A program made the position numbers and the translations under genes. A DNA stretch of 64,000 bases from the human T2T-CHM13v2.0 reference genome, Homo sapiens: the NCBI RefSeq assembly GCF_009914755.1, contig NC_060938.1, one strand, 5' to 3'. Position 1 is the stretch's first letter. Every line of letters starts with the position of its first letter. Below, piece after piece: positions 51,115-64,000 of the stretch. Under the pieces are notes generated by a model that worked only from the letters and a program-made list of their open reading frames with translations, was not told the DNA's origin and made no database searches.

Positions 51115-51381
51115 TGATCTGCCTGCCTTGGCCTCCCAAAGTGCTGGGATTACAGGCGTGGCGTGAGCCACGGCCTGGCCAGCAATCACAATTTAAGCTA
51201 GGATATCAAGTGGCATGGTGCTCAATGAATACAAATTTTGTTTTACAGATGCTGAAAATTGTGGCAAAAGATATTTTAGAATACACAAGTATAAGTACTA
51301 ATAAAACAGCTCGAACTTTAATGTCTGCTTTTTAGTGTTTGAGTTTTTTAGTTAAATAAATGAGGTAACTATTTGTTATGA

Positions 51382-51675
<294 letters not shown>

Positions 51676-51958
51676 TGAGTTATAATTTTTTTTCTTAGTT
51701 ACACATTAACTGAGCCCCATATAGACAAGTTATTTAATAACCTTCCCAGAGACAGTCATGGCTCCTAATCTGAACATATTATCTGCTCTTATGCTTGGTC
51801 AGATTGCTCAGCAAAAACAAAGAAATGAACCCATCCATGGCCATCTGATGCAAGGGCCTAGAAATGTCTTAAATGGTACTTTGAAAAGGATAATCATGAC
51901 ATTTAAGAAATTGGTTTTGGTAAGGTTAGGCTAGTAAGCCTGTGAATTTGTTTCATTA

Positions 51959-52298
<340 letters not shown>

Positions 52299-52365
52299 TC
52301 AAGAGGCTTAGAAAACTAAATAAACCTTCTTTGATTTGGTTGTGTTTTCAGGTTAGTCTAATTAA

Positions 52366-52623
<258 letters not shown>

Positions 52624-52705
52624 GGGAAATCCACTTCACAGAGCTTGAAAGATCAAACTAAATTACTTGAGGGAAGAGGTATGGTCTTTTTTGGTTTTCT
52701 TTTTC

Positions 52706-52993
52706 TCCTTTTTTTTTTTTTTATTTTTTTGAGACAGAGTCTTGCTCTGTCGCCCAGGCTGGAGTGCAATGGCACAGTCTCAGCTCACTGCAACCTTGCG
52801 ATTCTCCTGTCTCAGCCTCCCGAGTAGCTGGGATTACAGGCATCCGCCATCATGCCCAGCTAATTTTTGTATTTTTAGTAGATATGATGTTTCACCATGT
52901 TGGCCAGGCTGGTCTGAAACTCCTAACAGTTGATCTGCCCGCCGTGGCGTCCCAAAGTGCTGGGATTACAAGCGTGACCTACCGCACCTGGCC
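52706..52993 (-). mobile_element. Antisense Alu in the putative SAMD15 3' UTR
   Basis: T-tail followed by gagacagagtcttgctctgtcgcccaggctgg...accgcacctggcc. Confidence 0.9.
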
Positions 52994-53150
52994 CTTTTTC
53001 TCCTTTTCATTAAGGATCAGTTAGAACTGCTGGCTTCATTCCTAGTTGTGTCTCTGACTTATGGTACCCTCCCTTTCTTTTTGCAATTTAACCCCTTGTT
53101 AAAACAAAGATAGTCACGCTTATCTTTCTGGGTAATTATAAGAATTCCTG

Positions 53151-53462
53151 AGCCGGGCAAGGTGGCTCACACCTGTAATCCTAGCTCTTTGGGTGGCTGA
53201 GGCGGGCAGATCACCTAAGGTCAGGATTTCAAGACCAGCCTGGCCAACAAGGTGAAGCCCTGTCTCTACTAAAAATACAAAAATTAGCTGGGCATGGTGG
53301 CACATGCCTGTAGTCCCAGCTACTCAGGAGGCTGAGGCAGAAGAATCATTTGAACCCAGGAAACAGAGGTTATAGTGAGCTGAGATGGTGCCACTGGACT
53401 CCAGCCTGGGTGACAGAGTGAGACTCTGTCTAAAACAAACAAACAAAACAAAGCAAAACAAA
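53151..53462 (+). mobile_element. Sense Alu in the putative SAMD15 3' UTR
   Basis: gccgggcaaggtggctcacacctgtaatcc...gactctgtct followed by an (AAAC)n tail. Confidence 0.9.
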
Positions 53463-53524
53463 ATTCCTGAAAAATTCTAGTAATGCACCTTGTAATAGGA
53501 ACATGTTGGGGAAATATAATTAAA

Positions 53525-53530
53525 AATAAA
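53525..53530 (+). terminator. SAMD15: Candidate SAMD15 polyadenylation signal AATAAA
   Basis: First clear AATAAA in unique sequence after the stop codon and the two 3' UTR Alus. Confidence 0.5.
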
Positions 53531-53544
53531 ATCTCCTGCCAACT

Positions 53545-54113
<569 letters not shown>

Positions 54114-54514
54114 TGAATAGCTGGGATTACAGGCATAAGCTACCACTCCCAGCTAATTTTTTTTGTATTTTTAGTAGAGACGGGGTTTCACCATGTTGGC
54201 CAGGCTGGTCTCAAACTCTTGGCCTCAAGAGATCTGCCTGCCTCGGCCTCCCAAAGTGGGGAGATTACAGGTGTGAGCCACTGCGCCTGGCCTAAAGGAA
54301 ATGTTTTACAAAAAAAAAAGTGGGGAAGTTCTCTCTTCCTTTTGGCATCAGGAAAAATTTAAAAGAAAAAAATTTTTTTAGATATGTGTGTATCTAAATA
54401 TGTAAATATCTAAACATGGCTTACCACTATGAAATAGGTTCTGTGGTTTGCTTACAGGCTTTTTTATGTGGTACTTTCCAGGTCTTTATAATACAAAATT
54501 TAGGCTAGAGTCTA

Positions 54515-54925
<411 letters not shown>

Positions 54926-55651
54926 TCATTCTCTTCCTGGACTCATATTTTAATTCTGAAAACAACCATGGGCTAACACAGTCCTGAAGGACAGTGATGA
55001 AGCTCCAGTTCCCTACACCAGAATGAATAGTAAAAGATGTTTTTCTGTTTTTCCACTGAGAAAAGCAAGAGTGCCTCAAATGAATATTCATGCCAAGTGT
55101 TAATATTTGATGATGAACCTAATATTTTCCCAAATTGGACTAACAAAATTGTATCAGAAACCATTCTAACACCATACCATTGCATTTGCCTGGCTCACGA
55201 TTATGTAAAAAAACAAAAGGTAAATGATTAACCTAAGACCATAGTGATTTACATATATAGTGAATGGTTTTGTTCAAAAGCCCTTTAGCATTTAGCAAAC
55301 AGTAGTTATGTTCTATGACAGAGCATAGTGACATCCCTGTTGTTTTCAACTCTTATAACTGACAAAAAGTATTTGCAAAACATAAAGGAAATCAACAAAT
55401 TTGCAGTATAGATCTATATTTTGCAAAATTAGTTTTAGCCATTAAATACCAGTTTTTTAAATGGTTTAAATGGGAACAGCTGTAAATAAGATAGTACCAG
55501 AACAGTCATATATAGTCAAAATAAGCATGATACAAGCCATAATTCAATTAAGATGGTTTACCATACCTTCACTTCTCTGTCCAAAATTGTGAGAAAATCA
55601 AACTGTATCTTTTTCCAGCTACCTACTGCTGGCAAATGGATTGAAACTTGA

Positions 55652-55846
55652 TTTATTGGAAAAGAAGCTGCAGTATGTAATTGTCTAAAACTTATAACAT
55701 TATAACTTCTTTAATTTTAGAAGAGAAATAATTTGTATTAACAAGACTTTTCTGCGGGAGCAGCTTACTTAAGTTAGGTTGTGTAGTTTCACTAGTTGCT
55801 TCTGAGAGCCAGATACATATTGATGGATAGGACCACTTGTTTTATT
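55652..55846 (-). terminator. NOXRED1: Candidate NOXRED1 poly(A) signals (AATAAA on - at 55846-55841 and 55657-55652)
   Basis: tttatt hexamers on the + strand about 165 and 350 nt downstream of the NOXRED1 stop. Confidence 0.45.
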
Positions 55847-56009
55847 CTACATTTTAAAGAGTCATCAGTACAGTTTTATAATTCCTGATGTCTATCATGT
55901 GGCAAACACAATACAGCCACAAGACTCCCACAGTCAATTGTGATAATCAGGGCACAACTATTATAGGGAAAATCTGTGAGTGGGAAAAAATCCTGATTCC
56001 TGAGTTCTC

Positions 56010-56184
56010 TTATTGGGATGGAAAGCCTGTGGAAATGACTGGCTGTTCTTTGGTTAGGGAGATGCCAAATGAAGCACAGTATAGATGGGTAAGGTGGTCT
56101 TGGAGAACAGGACTACTTGAGAGATGCTGGCTAAACGGAGTTTCCTTGAGTTGCACAGCAGTCAGATCAAACCAGGGGAAAGGC
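56010..56184 (-). CDS. NOXRED1: NOXRED1 last coding exon ((R)[57 protein letters not shown])
   Basis: Acceptor ttttttcacctcag|G (AG at 56186-56185), then 57 codons and TAA at 56012-56010. The peptide matches my recollection of the NOXRED1 C-terminus. Upstream exons lie beyond the window. Confidence 0.88.
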
Positions 56185-56400
56185 CTGAGGTGAAAAAAAT
56201 ATTGTTACTTTTTTATGTCTGTTCAGTATATCTGATTTGGCTGTTAAACACATCTTTTAAAGAAAGTTTTCCTCATTACCTTTTCATAAACTAGAAACAT
56301 TAATACCTTTTCATAAACTAGAAATTCAGCTAGAACTAGTCAATGTGTAGATTTAAGTGTACTTAATGGTGATTTCTCACACTTATGTACATTTCTCTAA

Positions 56401-56721
<321 letters not shown>

Positions 56722-56891
56722 TGATCTGCCCGTCTCGGCCTCCCAAAGTGCTGGGATTACAGGCGTGAGCCACTGCGCCCGGCTGCAGAATATTTTTCTC
56801 GAATTTAGAAAGAACATATATAAGATCGTGGACATTAAGCAAGGAAGAAGTCTAATTGCTTTTAAGATATCCTCTTTAGCTGTATAGATTA

Positions 56892-57020
<129 letters not shown>

Positions 57021-57075
57021 TTAAAAAAAAAATTAGCTGGATGTGGAGGGACACACCTGTAGTCCCAGCTACTCA

Positions 57076-57180
<105 letters not shown>

Positions 57181-57449
57181 CTAAAAAAACAGAGAGGAAA
57201 GTTAATATGCAAATGAATACCTAACGGGGCAACATTAAGTATTAGTCTATAGTGTAATTCAAGTTAAAAAGCCTTAAGACATAGGGTTTCAATATTTTTC
57301 AAAAGATCAGGAGAGACAGGCATGATGGTGCGCACCTGTAGTCCCAGCTACTCAGGAGGCTGAGAGAAGAGGATTGCTTGAGCCCAGGAGTTCAAGGCCA
57401 GCCTGGGCAACATAGTGAGACCCTGTCTGTTAAAAAAAAAATCAAGAGT

Positions 57450-63720
<6,271 letters not shown>

Positions 63721-63843
63721 GGAGCCGGGCGCCATGGCTCACGCCTGTAATCCCAGCACTTTGGGAGGCCAAGGTGAGCGGATCACCTGAGGTCGGGAGT
63801 TCAAGACCAGCCTGACTAACATGGAGAAACCTCATCTCTATTA

Positions 63844-63999
<156 letters not shown>

Positions 64000-64000
64000 C

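Noticed and set aside
55888-56193. 101-aa + strand ORF
   Set aside because: It overlaps the real NOXRED1 exon on the - strand and resembles no protein I recognise.

Overview
This is primate, almost certainly human, genomic DNA. It is very Alu-rich and matches the TMED8-SAMD15-NOXRED1 locus (14q24.3 from memory). I rebuilt three genes by hand from splice sites. TMED8 has 6 coding exons on the - strand (978 nt, 325 aa, ACBD3-like GOLD domain), and its long 3' UTR probably runs off the left edge. SAMD15 has 3 coding exons on the + strand (674 aa: acidic repeat region plus C-terminal SAM domain) and sits head-to-head with TMED8 on a shared CpG-island promoter. NOXRED1 contributes only its last coding exon (- strand), which the ORF track misses. 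The less obvious elements are: an intronless, 3'-truncated ABCG2 retrocopy in TMED8 intron 1; an old L1 with a 5'-inversion (twin-priming-like) structure beside it; a nearly spacer-less inverted Alu fusion next to TMED8 exon 2; two RFX X-box-like sites just upstream of the SAMD15 ATG; a 72-nt/24-aa coding repeat in SAMD15; a TSD-flanked, polyadenylated MER41-like LTR R-region mini-retrocopy with a 5' hairpin; a tailless U6 5' fragment; and an inverted Alu pair in the putative SAMD15 3' UTR. I found no CRISPR, tRNA, rRNA or prokaryote-type system, and I cannot claim a wholly new biological system. Gene names, repeat-family names and reference-protein comparisons are from memory, not from a database search.
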